A stretch of DNA of 64,000 nt from Thecamonas trahens ATCC 50062 (taxonomy: Eukaryota > Protista > Apusomonadida), in assembly GCF_000142905.1 (NCBI RefSeq), contig NW_013657648.1:202922-266921 (forward strand), given 5' to 3'. The notes beneath the pieces were generated by a model. It did not search any database, was not told the origin of the DNA, and was given only the letters and a program-made list of their open reading frames with translations. Made by a program: the position numbers and the translations under genes. Positions within the stretch are counted from its first letter, which is position 1; each line of letters begins with the position of its first letter. Of this stretch, positions 12,411 through 22,348 are shown one piece after another.

Positions 12411-13646
12411 TCAAAGGGAGCAGGCGGGGAGGGAGGAGAGAGCGGGCGAGCGGGGAAGCCTTGGGGAGGCGTTGCGCCGCCAGACGCCAGATTCAAACAG
12501 CTCGGTGCATGTGGTGCACGCGGTGCCATCATCAAGCTGAGTCATTGATAGGAGAGCGTGTTCGTGATGGAGGGAGATGGATTGTTCGTGCTTGCGACGC
12601 CCTTCGTTTCGCTTCCAGGGTGTGACCGCCTTGGTCACCCACGTGCACCCGGTGTGGGTGCACTGGCTCACGTCGGTGGCGCGCTTGATCATGGCGCCAT
12701 CGTCGGTCCAGACTCCAGTGCGGATCAGATCCTGACAAACGGAGCAAGACTTGCTATGGCGGCGAAAGTGGGCGTCGTGGAGGACCGAAGAGCGCTCGTG
12801 GCGCTCGAGCCGCTGGCGGAGCTCGTGTGGCGTGCGGTAGGCGGGGTGGTAGTCGCAGCCGATGTGGCGACAGCTGACAACTGCCGGCGGCAAAGGCGGC
12901 TTGCGCGGCGGGCGGGGAGAGGCCTTTGCGCCGGCCGCGGTTGCCGACGACGACTTTGCTGACTTTGCCGACTTTGCCGACTTTGCCGACTTTGCCGACG
13001 AGGCACGGTGGCGGGAGGTTTTGACTTGGCGCGGGCGGGCGTTGGCCGCCGACGGGCGGGTGGCTGGCTGGGGCTTGGCAGCCACCGGGCGACGAAAGCC
13101 GGAGGGAGAGGAAGAGGTGGTGGACGAGGATGGCGTCATTGGCATGGACGTCGTGGTCCGAGGTGGCGGAGCAGCGGTATGAGGTCGCACCGAGTGTTGA
13201 CTTGCAGGAGAGCGGTGTGGCGTGGGCGCAGCCAGGTGGCTCTTCCCTTGCGACATGGCAGCCAGAGCCCTTGAAAAGAGGAACGGGTTGAGTGGCTGTG
13301 GCACCATTCCGGGTGGCAGCGGCGAGGGAAAAACCAAGCCGGAGAGGGTAGGCACCATCGCGGGCAGACTGGGTGGCAAGTACGGGAGTGCCATTGGCAA
13401 GCTGCCGGGAAATACTGCGATTTGTTGCCCGTTCATAGGAGCACGGCCACCGGGGACCGGCATGATGGTCCCACGGTGTAGCCCTAGCTGCTCGCCGGCG
13501 ACACTCGAGCTGCTCCCGCCGCCGGCTTCACCTTTTCCGCTTCCTTGGTTCTTCCGTCCTCCTTGTTCGCCTTCCGCCTCCTCAACCGCACCACGCACCG
13601 GCATAGCTCCTATACCGGCAAGGTCGTGGGTTGGTGAAGTGACCAA
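12411..13646 (-). CDS. Uncharacterised Pro/Ser-rich protein with two copies of a Cys/His metal-binding module; both ends uncertain
   Basis: 411-aa ORF with internal duplication CxHxGC...HE.S..LHxxH...CxxC..L...GVW; ORF preceded by a possible acceptor (ccctag). Confidence 0.6.
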   Translation of the reverse strand: MVTSPTHDLAGIGAMPVRGAVEEAEGEQGGRKNQGSGKGEAGGGSSSSVAGEQLGLHRGTIMPVPGGRAPMNGQQIAVFPGSLPMALPYLPPSLPAMVPTLSGLVFPSPLPPGMVPQPLNPFLFSRALAAMSQGKSHLAAPTPHRSPASQHSVRPHTAAPPPRTTTSMPMTPSSSTTSSSPSGFRRPVAAKPQPATRPSAANARPRQVKTSRHRASSAKSAKSAKSAKSAKSSSATAAGAKASPRPPRKPPLPPAVVSCRHIGCDYHPAYRTPHELRQRLERHERSSVLHDAHFRRHSKSCSVCQDLIRTGVWTDDGAMIKRATDVSQCTHTGCTWVTKAVTPWKRNEGRRKHEQSISLHHEHALLSMTQLDDGTACTTCTELFESGVWRRNASPRLPRSPALSSLPACSL

Positions 13647-14329
13647 AGACTAGGGCCAATTCTCCTGCTTGTACAACACACGAGGCCGATGTGGGAATTG
13701 ATTGGTGGTGGAGCAAGGGCGGGGAGGGGGGGGGGGGAGGGGAGGGGGGGGGGAGGGGGGTGTCAGCGTGGGGTGTTCCGGGTCTCATGAAATTGGTCAT
13801 CCGGTGAAGCTCCGTGGATGGCATCATTGAAGCGACGGGGGTGACGGGTGGATCGTGAGAAGGCAGGGGTGGAAAGAGTGGGTATACCTGTGTGTGCCTG
13901 TCAAGGTTGTATGGGTAGCGGAGGTCGGGCTTGCGTGCGGGGCAGACGTAATGGTACTGAGGAGGGGCGGTAGGAGCCCGTATCGGTAAAAATTCTCCGC
14001 ATAAAAATGCTTGTACACTCCCCGCACCGGCCGCTTGCCGCCAATATTGGACGGCAAAACGTACCTGTCATCGGCCGTTGGCAGGAATGGTGTGGTGTGT
14101 GTGTGAATGCAAGGAATTTGATGGTGTGTGTGGGAGGGAGGGGGGGGGGATCGAGGATATAGTCAATGGATAGACGAGGCTTCGGCGTGATGGGTGATGG
14201 GTGGCGATCAGATCGGTGGTTTGCAGAGTGGTTTGCGCAGCCTGGGCGTGTGGGAGGGGCCGAGAGAGAGTGAGAGAGAGAGAGAGACGGCCACTCGACT
14301 TGCGGCGAGCAAGGCGCTACGTGCAAGCG

Positions 14330-15894
14330 ATGTCTGATGGTGTCCAGGTCAACGTAAGGAGGCGTGGCCAGGACGGCGCGGACAACGTGCGGAGGTGCGA
14401 GGCGGAAGGGTGTCAGGTGGTGGCACGCCGGCGGTGCGGGCGATGCAAGCGGGCGCGGTACTGCTCGCGCGAGTGCCAGGTAGCCGCATGGCCTGCGCAC
14501 AAGGCTGCAGGCTGCGGCCAGGCGACAAGATCGACGAACGCGGTCACAGCGACGGTGATGGAGGCGATGCGAGCGGTGATGGAGGCAGCGGTGATCCGCG
14601 GCATCCATCTGGACGGCGAGCCCGCGAGCGGGAGCCTCACGCTCTCACCCGAGCACCACCCCGCGGCGGCGCACGGACGCGGCGTGCTGGTGGGAGGGTG
14701 GGCGCCCCCTGGCGGCCAGGCTTGCGCGGGAGCCAGAGAGAGAGCTGCGACGGTGCGGTGCGGGCGGTAGTGGCGGTGGTGGCCGGCCTCGCGGCGGCGG
14801 TCCCACCGCTGGCGGCGGTCCGCGCCAAGCTGCGCCTCCGCGTCCGCGACTCGTCCTACTTTGCCCAGTGCGACCTTCAGTTCGCAGCGCTCGGCGTGCG
14901 GGCGCCGCGGATTGTGCGTCGGGCGCTTGGCTCGCCGGCGCGCCTCTTCGCGTATCTGGTCTATCCCGAGCCGTCGTCGGGCGAGGCCGAAGACGGAGCG
15001 GCAGCAGGCGACGCAGCGGTGAGCGTGACTGCCGGTCATCTTGAGGTGTGGGGCGTGAGCGGAAACGAGCTCTTTGACGAGCTCATTGCCGATGTAGTGG
15101 AAGCCCACGAGCCTGCGGCGTGCTGGACGGCCGCGACGAGCACGGCTGAGCTGCATCTGGCCTCGCTGAGCTCTGAAGACGCCAACCTGGCGCCACTGCT
15201 GGCGCCAGGCGCGTTTATCGACGGTGTCGTCGACGTTGTCGGCCGGCCGGTTGTTATGCTCCCGAGCCCGTCGATCTTGCTAGTGACCGGAAGCGAGAAC
15301 GAGGCTGGGCTGATGGCCATGCTGCAGTCTGTGGCATCCTTTCTGGGCGAGCTGGGCAAGCGGGCGCTTGTCGTCGCCTACGCCTGGCACGGCGAGTCCG
15401 GCGGCGGGTGGCTGCCGTGGGCGCCCGAGCCGCAGCTCGAGCCGTCCATCTCTGTCGTCTACACTGCGCTCACCGTCTCGTACATCAAGGCGCTGTACGA
15501 CGAGCAGAAGAGCCTCCTCGACACCATCCTCGACTACGAGCAGCCCGAGGCCAAGCCGATGGTGGCCACGCAGGTCCTTATGCGCGATCCGGACAACACC
15601 CGGTTCTTCACCTACTGCGTGTGGGCCAAGGGCGCCGAGGCGCTCTTACCCAAGACCGACATCATCATGTTTGCGCTGCCGGAGACGTTTCCACACGCCA
15701 TCATCGGCAAGGCAACATGGGACGACGTTGTCGCCGGCCTCGACGCCGACGCCTTTGAGCCCACCGAGTTTGATCCGCCGCGCTTCCGCCTCCTAGCCTC
15801 CTCCTTCCCGTCCGACGCCCAGCTCGCGGCCATCTGTCCCGAGTTTGCTGCCGCAACAGCCTCGGCGCCAGCCTCTGCCTCAGCGTCAGCCTGA
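14330..15894 (+). CDS. MYND zinc-finger protein fused to a large globular domain of unknown function; apparent frameshift near 14705
   Basis: CEAEGC..RRCGRCKRARYCSRECQVAAWPAHKAAGC (MYND) in ORF 14201-14770, continuing in the frame of ORF 14395-15894 if one C is added at ccccc 14705-14709. Confidence 0.75.
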
Positions 15895-16161
15895 GCCTCA
15901 GCGTCAGCCTCGCCTCGCAGCGATGGCCAAGCCAGTGAATGACGACCACGACTCCCATCTGCGACCAAATATGCCAGCGTCGCCGCCAACGCGACACACC
16001 GCTCAACGACAGGCGTGACGGGCACAAGCGGGCTGCACTCGACTTGGATGCTCCCAGCAGCATCCCACACAGTCCGTAGCACCGTCCAGCTCGCAGCCTC
16101 TCGGGCAGCAGCAGGCACAGCACTCGCAGCGTTGACAGGAAGAAGCGCAAGCGGCGAGAGG

Positions 16162-16905
16162 ATGGCTAGCGTGGCGGCGAGCAGCAGCGAGGGCAGACGC
16201 GGCGGAGCGTACCGTGCGGTGGCGGCGGCGGTAGCGGCAGCGGCCGAAACTGCCGGACGGAGCGAGGCTCCGCTGCTGGTGGCAGTGTCGAAGCGGTTCC
16301 CGGCCGAAGCTGTGCAGGAGGTGTATGACGCCGGAGCGCGAGTGTTTGGTGAGAACTACGTGCAGGAGCTGGTGGCCAAGGCCCCGGCCCTCCCGGACGA
16401 CATCGAGTGGCACTTTATCGGCTCGCTGCAGAGTAACAAGGCCAAGGCGCTGGTGGCCATCCCCAACCTGGCTGTTGTCCAGACGCTGCACTCGAACAAG
16501 CTCGCCAAGACGCTCAACAAGGCCGCGGCCGACGCCGACCGGACCCTCGACGTGTACATCCAGGTCAACACCTCGGGCGAGGAGAGCAAATCAGGCGTCG
16601 AGCCCGAGGCGGTCCTCGAGCTCGCCCGCTACGTGGCCGAGCAGTGCCCAGCGCTCAAGCTCGCCGGGCTGATGACGATCGGCTCGCGCGCAGCGTCGAT
16701 CAACGCCGCCGCCGGCGAGACCAACCCCGACTTTGAGGTTCTCGCCACAGCGGCGGCGGCCATCGGCGACGCCGGCCTCCGTGCCGCGGGCGACGCCCGC
16801 CCACTCGTCCTCTCCATGGGCATGTCGGCCGACTTTGAGCAAGCCATCCTGCAGGGTTCGACTTGTGTCCGTGTCGGCTCGGCCATCTTTGGCGCCCGGT
16901 CGTGA
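16162..16905 (+). CDS. PLPBP: PLP homeostasis protein (YggS/PROSC)
   Basis: LVAVSKR, FGENYVQE, WHFIGSLQSNK, QVNTSGEESKSG, GLMTIG, LSMGMSADFEQAI..GST.VRVGSAIFGAR. Confidence 0.97.
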   Translation: MASVAASSSEGRRGGAYRAVAAAVAAAAETAGRSEAPLLVAVSKRFPAEAVQEVYDAGARVFGENYVQELVAKAPALPDDIEWHFIGSLQSNKAKALVAIPNLAVVQTLHSNKLAKTLNKAAADADRTLDVYIQVNTSGEESKSGVEPEAVLELARYVAEQCPALKLAGLMTIGSRAASINAAAGETNPDFEVLATAAAAIGDAGLRAAGDARPLVLSMGMSADFEQAILQGSTCVRVGSAIFGARS

Positions 16906-16929
16906 GGCAGCCCGCACCGACCGGGGTGA

Positions 16930-17650
16930 CTACGCCGAGAGCGACGCCACCAGTGCGTCGAGATGGGCCACGAACTTGTCGCAGCCCTGGATCGGCTGCT
17001 CAAGCTCGTAAAACGGGTTCTTCAGCACAAAGTCCGCGTAGTACTCGTAGACCTGCGAGAGGAAGACATCGAGCGAGGCCTGCGACGGAGAGGCCGTGAC
17101 AAAGAACTTGGTCCCGGTCAGCGCTTGGAAGCAGCGGAGCTTGACCGTCGACGCCTCGATCTCCTCCACGCCCGATGAGCCTGCCACTGGCGCCACCTGT
17201 GCCGCAATAGCATGGATGCCGTGAAAAAACCCGCCGAGTCGCAGATGTTCGTTCACCATCAGCTTGTTGGCCTTGTAGTCCTCAAAGTCCTGCAGGAGGT
17301 GTGCATGTGGGGGTGGGTTAGTATGTGCCTGCTGTGCCTGCTCTCCTCCCTTGTGCCTGCTCTCCTCCCTTGTGCGCTCTCTCTCTCACACACACACACA
17401 CACTCTCTCTCTCTCTCTCTCCCTCCCTCCATTCCCTTCTCCTCCTTCTCCCGCTTCCCCTTCCCCCCCCCCCCCCCCCATTCCTTCCCCTAGCCACCTT
17501 CCCCCTCCTCCCCCCTCCCCCCTTCCTCCCACCCCCCCACCCACCCCACCCCCCCCCACCCCCACACCCCCACACCCCCACACCCCTTCTTACCTTCTGA
17601 TAAATGAGCCCACCAGCCTTGTTGATGATGTAGAACGAGAAGATAGGCAT
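16930..17650 (-). CDS. TRAPPC4: TRAPP complex subunit 4 (Trs23/synbindin); exons 17650-17594 and 17289-16930
   Basis: MPIFSFYIINKAGGLIYQK | GTAAGA...TGCAG | DFEDY...NEHLRLGGFFHG; FQALTGTKF, YEYYADFVLKNPFYELEQPI. Confidence 0.95.
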
Positions 17651-17784
17651 ACTCCACCCTCTCTTCACAACCACAAGAGCAGTGTATCCTAACCATCTCC
17701 CTGCTGAGGCGAAGGCGCTCATGATCACGATCACGACCACCTCGGTGACCATGATCATTCCAGCCATTCCTTCCCCCCCCCCCG

Positions 17785-18308
17785 NNNNNNNNNNNNNNNN
17801 NNNNNNNNNNNNNNNNNNNNNNNNNNNNNNNNNNNNNNNNNNNNNNNNNNNNNNNNNNNNNNNNNNNNNNNNNNNNNNNNNNNNNNNNNNNNNNNNNNNN
17901 NNNNNNNNNNNNNNNNNNNNNNNNNNNNNNNNNNNNNNNNNNNNNNNNNNNNNNNNNNNNNNNNNNNNNNNNNNNNNNNNNNNNNNNNNNNNNNNNNNNN
18001 NNNNNNNNNNNNNNNNNNNNNNNNNNNNNNNNNNNNNNNNNNNNNNNNNNNNNNNNNNNNNNNNNNNNNNNNNNNNNNNNNNNNNNNNNNNNNNNNNNNN
18101 NNNNNNNNNNNNNNNNNNNNNNNNNNNNNNNNNNNNNNNNNNNNNNNNNNNNNNNNNNNNNNNNNNNNNNNNNNNNNNNNNNNNNNNNNNNNNNNNNNNN
18201 NNNNNNNNNNNNNNNNNNNNNNNNNNNNNNNNNNNNNNNNNNNNNNNNNNNNNNNNNNNNNNNNNNNNNNNNNNNNNNNNNNNNNNNNNNNNNNNNNNNN
18301 NNNNNNNN
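17785..18308. other. Assembly gap
   Basis: N run flanked by poly-C tracts. Confidence 1.
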
Positions 18309-18565
18309 TTACCGTTCCCTTACCCGTCCCGTACCTTCCTTCCCCCCCTCCCCCCCCCCCCCACCCCCCACCCCAACCCCCACCCGCCACCCACCCTCAT
18401 CACGTCAGCCCACTTCACGCCCTCACACACACACACCCCACACGCTCATCACACACCACACGCCACACACTCCACGTCCACCACCCTCCCCACACTCTAC
18501 ACTAAGTCACCCACTCTGCCTCGAATCCCCCCTCACGCACCTCGTCCCGCATCGTGCCGTGGGTC

Positions 18566-21500
18566 ATGGCCTCCTCGTCGCGCTGGTCGTCTGGCTCGTG
18601 GTCGCCCAAGACGCCGCCGGAACCGATGGCTGGCATCAGTAGAGTCAAGATGGCGGAGAGGTCTAGCAGTGCATCTGGTCCAAGCTCACGCTCGCTGCCG
18701 CCTGCGTATACGGGTCATGCTGTTCAGGAGGGCTGGTCCGAGGGCAATCAGACGCTGGTGGGCGATGCGGCGACGGCGCTCAAGTACCTCTGGGCCGCCA
18801 CCCGCAAGGAGAAGCGCAACTGGATGGTCGGCGTCTTTACTGTGGCGCTGGTCGTCTTCTTTGTCACTGTCCTCCGCAACAATGTCGAACGCTCGCCACT
18901 CATCTTCTGGCGCCTGGCCGAGCTCTCGGCCGGCGAGACCGACGCCCTGCTCACGCCGACGAGCTCAGCCCGGAGTGCCCGCCCGGGCGAATCACCGCTG
19001 CTCGACCCGGCCATGTCTGACGGCGTGCCGTTGGTCAACTTCACCCACATACGGCAGCAGTGGGAGGAATTTCGCAATCTACACGGCGAGTCGGCCCTTG
19101 TCTCGTCGATTGTGCCGCGGTGGTACCTCCTCGGTCGCGTGCGCAACCGCGACGTGCCGACCCGAGTCTCGTCGGCCATCTTTGTTGTCTATGACTCGCA
19201 CAAGGAGCTGGCCGCCGGCATCGGCCGCAACTTTAACCACCGTGCATTGGGCGAGGCCGAGACCCATGTGTCGTCGCCGCTGCTGCGGACGCTTGGCCTC
19301 GGCGCCAACCGCGGCGACCGCATCCTGCTCTCGCTCGAGGCCGACCAGCTCCTCCCGCTACTCAACGTCGAGTCGGTCGGCTTTAATCTTGATCTTCTCG
19401 CGCAGCTGCTCAACAACCCGATCGGCCTCCTTGCTGGCGCTCCCGGCGTGGCTGTCGAGACCGGCGACGTTGATGTCGATGTCAACACAACGGTGAATAC
19501 CGGCGACACAGTCGACTTTGGGCAGAACACCCTGTTGCCGTTCCTCTCCGGGCTCGGCCTCAACACCTCGGTCCTCACGCCTCAAGTCCTCGACGGGCTG
19601 CTCGGCCCGGTCGCCAATCAGTCGGTCCCTGTGGCGGCGCAGCTTGCGGCTGCTGGCCTCCAGCTCTCGCTCGCCGACCTGGTGCCGGGACTAGATGTGC
19701 TCTCAGGCCTCGATACCGGCGCGACCTCACCCGACGGCGACAACTCGACCAACATCGGCCTCTCGTGGGACTATGCTGTCATCGACGACATCCAGTCGCC
19801 CGGCGGCAAGTTCCCGGACGCGCTCGGCAACGTTGTCCTCATTGACTCACATCAGTTTGAAAAGGTGCTGCTTGCCCAGATCCGCGAGCTCATCGCCAAC
19901 CCGCTGGTGGTCCTTGGCTTGCAGGCACTCGAGACCCAGGCCGGGCTCACCGTCCCCATCGTGGACACCATTACCGACTTTCTCGCAGACTTTCGCATGG
20001 AGGACTACGCGCTCACCGTGGCTGCCAACTACCGCGCGCGAGAGACGGCGTACGTCAAGACCACGGATGAGGGCCTCAAGACCGAGATGGCGTACTTTGC
20101 CAACGAGATCTACGGCCTCGTTGGCTACAACTCGTCAGTCGACATCGAACTGCCCATCTACCTCGCCCTCGAAGGCACTGAGATCATCCGGCTCTTCCTC
20201 GACCAAATCTTCAACTCGGTCGTCTTTGTCATCTCGCTCCTCTCTGCGCTGCTCATCTACTCGCTCATGCTCTCTAACGTGGAAGAGAAAACGTTCGAGT
20301 ACGGCATGCTCCGCGCGCTTGGCATGCGCCAGCACGCGCTCATCTTTCTGCTTGTTGTCCAAGCGCTCTCCTTTGCAATTCCTGGCATCATCATTGGATG
20401 GGCGGTGGCGTTTGTGGTCGACCTCATTCCGGCGTGGCTCATTGCGGAGTTCTCGGACACCGATGCGCGGTACGGGATCAACCCGACGCCACTCTACCTC
20501 TCGCTCGCCATCGGGCTCATTGTTCCGCTCCTCGCCAACTGGGTGCCCATCCGGCGGGCTCTCTCGTCGACGCTCCGCAACGCGCTCGACGTCTACCACC
20601 AGACCAACTCCGAGACGGTGGTCCGGGTCATCAAGCTCGAGTCGCTCGGTCTCTCGGGCTGGCAGACTGCGCTGGCCGTGACGCTTGTCGGCGTCGGCTT
20701 TGTCACCTACTACATGATCCCGTACGCGTTCACCTACAACGACTTTGGCCTCCTCCTCACCATCCTTAACGGCATCCTGCTCGGCATTGTGCTCGGCCTC
20801 GCCATGGTTGCCCAGGTCCTCCAGCCGTACACCGAGTGGGCCTTTCTCTGGAGCATGGTGTGGGGAACCGAGACTCGGCTCGCCCCGCTCATCCGCAAGA
20901 ACCTCGGCGGCCATCGGTCGCGCAACCGCAAGACCGCCCTCATGTTCACCACCTCGCTTGCCTTTCTCATCTTTGCCGGCTCGCTCTTTGCCCTACAGGA
21001 GGCGCTCATCAAGGACCTCATTGCCGGCTTCTTTGGATCGGACATTGCTGTCCTCTCGTTTGCCTGGGAGCACATGCTCAACGAAGACGCACTCCGCGAC
21101 TTTCTCGACGACAATCTAGGCACGCTCGTCGCCTCGTTCTCGTTTGGCACCCAGAGCATCGACCTCTCGGACCTCATGTCCAAGTCGCGAATGTCGTCCA
21201 TCGTCGACTTTCCACGCGTCTCGCAGCCCCTCCACGCCATCGACGCCAACTGGCTCCAGACCGCCTACACCAAGTACTACATACCGACCGAGGTCGCAGA
21301 AGGCTTTGACTACGCCCAAACATCCAACGGCAAGGACGACGTCGCGGCCTCGCTCTACACACACGCCGGTACCGCACGCCTCTCCATCGAGCCGGCCCGC
21401 ATCTCCGTCCCGCTCCCGCTCGGCTCTGGCTATGACAGCAACCGCGGTGCGGTGAACCGCTCGGCCGAGCTCGAACTCTCATACACCCAGTACTTTGACA

Positions 21501-22348
21501 CCATTGTCTCCGAGTCGCTCCGCGACCGGGTCTCGCTCGATGTCGACACGCCGCAAGCGCTCACCCTCCGCTACGATGTCTCCGAGTCGGCCACGGTCTC
21601 GTACAAGCGGCTGGGCAAGGCCCGGGCCATGGTCCGCAAGTTCCCAGGCTTTTTCGTGTCGTCGTACCGCCAGTTTGCACCGTTCAACCCCATCCTCATC
21701 CGGTTTGATCAGTATGCGGAGGCGCTCGAGCGGGCATACAATCTCACCTCGCTCCAGTCCAAGCTCCCGCAGCCGGAGCGCGGCGTCGCGCCCAAGGGCT
21801 CGCTCATTGTCCGCATGAGCACCGGCGCGTCGACCGAGGACCGCGAATCCATCGTCAACGGCATGCGTAACTTTATCCAGAACGACCTCATCCAAGTCAT
21901 CGACGTCGTCGAGCTGATCAAGTCGACGTCGATCGCCACCGAAATGCTCCAGCTCTTCTTCATCATTGTCTCGGTCATCACCTCGCTGCTCTGCTTCTTT
22001 GTCCTTTTCCTCTCGTTCACCGCCAATGTCAATGAGAACTCGTGGGAAATCGGCGTACTCCGCGCTCTCGGGCTCTCGTCGGCCCAGGCGCTGCGGGTGT
22101 ACATCTACGAGGCGCTCTCGCTCACGCTCGCCTCCATGGTCATGGGCACCATCATCGGCCTCCTCACCGCAGTCGCCCTCACGCTTCAGATGGGCCTCTT
22201 TACCGAGTCGCCGTTTGTCTTCCAGTTCCCGACGCTTCTCTTTTGCGTCGTCGTCGTCCTCTCCATCGGCGTCACACTCATTGGCTCGTGGCTCCCGGCC
22301 CGCTCCATCATGGGCAAGGAAATCGCCATCGTGCTCAAAGAGGCGTAG
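18566..22348 (+). CDS. Large FtsX/MacB-type (type VII ABC) permease with two FtsX TM domains
   Basis: Two repeats of TM + large soluble loop + three TMs with signature EEKTFEYGMLRALGM and ENSWEIGVLRALGL. Confidence 0.85.
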   Translation: MASSSRWSSGSWSPKTPPEPMAGISRVKMAERSSSASGPSSRSLPPAYTGHAVQEGWSEGNQTLVGDAATALKYLWAATRKEKRNWMVGVFTVALVVFFVTVLRNNVERSPLIFWRLAELSAGETDALLTPTSSARSARPGESPLLDPAMSDGVPLVNFTHIRQQWEEFRNLHGESALVSSIVPRWYLLGRVRNRDVPTRVSSAIFVVYDSHKELAAGIGRNFNHRALGEAETHVSSPLLRTLGLGANRGDRILLSLEADQLLPLLNVESVGFNLDLLAQLLNNPIGLLAGAPGVAVETGDVDVDVNTTVNTGDTVDFGQNTLLPFLSGLGLNTSVLTPQVLDGLLGPVANQSVPVAAQLAAAGLQLSLADLVPGLDVLSGLDTGATSPDGDNSTNIGLSWDYAVIDDIQSPGGKFPDALGNVVLIDSHQFEKVLLAQIRELIANPLVVLGLQALETQAGLTVPIVDTITDFLADFRMEDYALTVAANYRARETAYVKTTDEGLKTEMAYFANEIYGLVGYNSSVDIELPIYLALEGTEIIRLFLDQIFNSVVFVISLLSALLIYSLMLSNVEEKTFEYGMLRALGMRQHALIFLLVVQALSFAIPGIIIGWAVAFVVDLIPAWLIAEFSDTDARYGINPTPLYLSLAIGLIVPLLANWVPIRRALSSTLRNALDVYHQTNSETVVRVIKLESLGLSGWQTALAVTLVGVGFVTYYMIPYAFTYNDFGLLLTILNGILLGIVLGLAMVAQVLQPYTEWAFLWSMVWGTETRLAPLIRKNLGGHRSRNRKTALMFTTSLAFLIFAGSLFALQEALIKDLIAGFFGSDIAVLSFAWEHMLNEDALRDFLDDNLGTLVASFSFGTQSIDLSDLMSKSRMSSIVDFPRVSQPLHAIDANWLQTAYTKYYIPTEVAEGFDYAQTSNGKDDVAASLYTHAGTARLSIEPARISVPLPLGSGYDSNRGAVNRSAELELSYTQYFDTIVSESLRDRVSLDVDTPQALTLRYDVSESATVSYKRLGKARAMVRKFPGFFVSSYRQFAPFNPILIRFDQYAEALERAYNLTSLQSKLPQPERGVAPKGSLIVRMSTGASTEDRESIVNGMRNFIQNDLIQVIDVVELIKSTSIATEMLQLFFIIVSVITSLLCFFVLFLSFTANVNENSWEIGVLRALGLSSAQALRVYIYEALSLTLASMVMGTIIGLLTAVALTLQMGLFTESPFVFQFPTLLFCVVVVLSIGVTLIGSWLPARSIMGKEIAIVLKEA

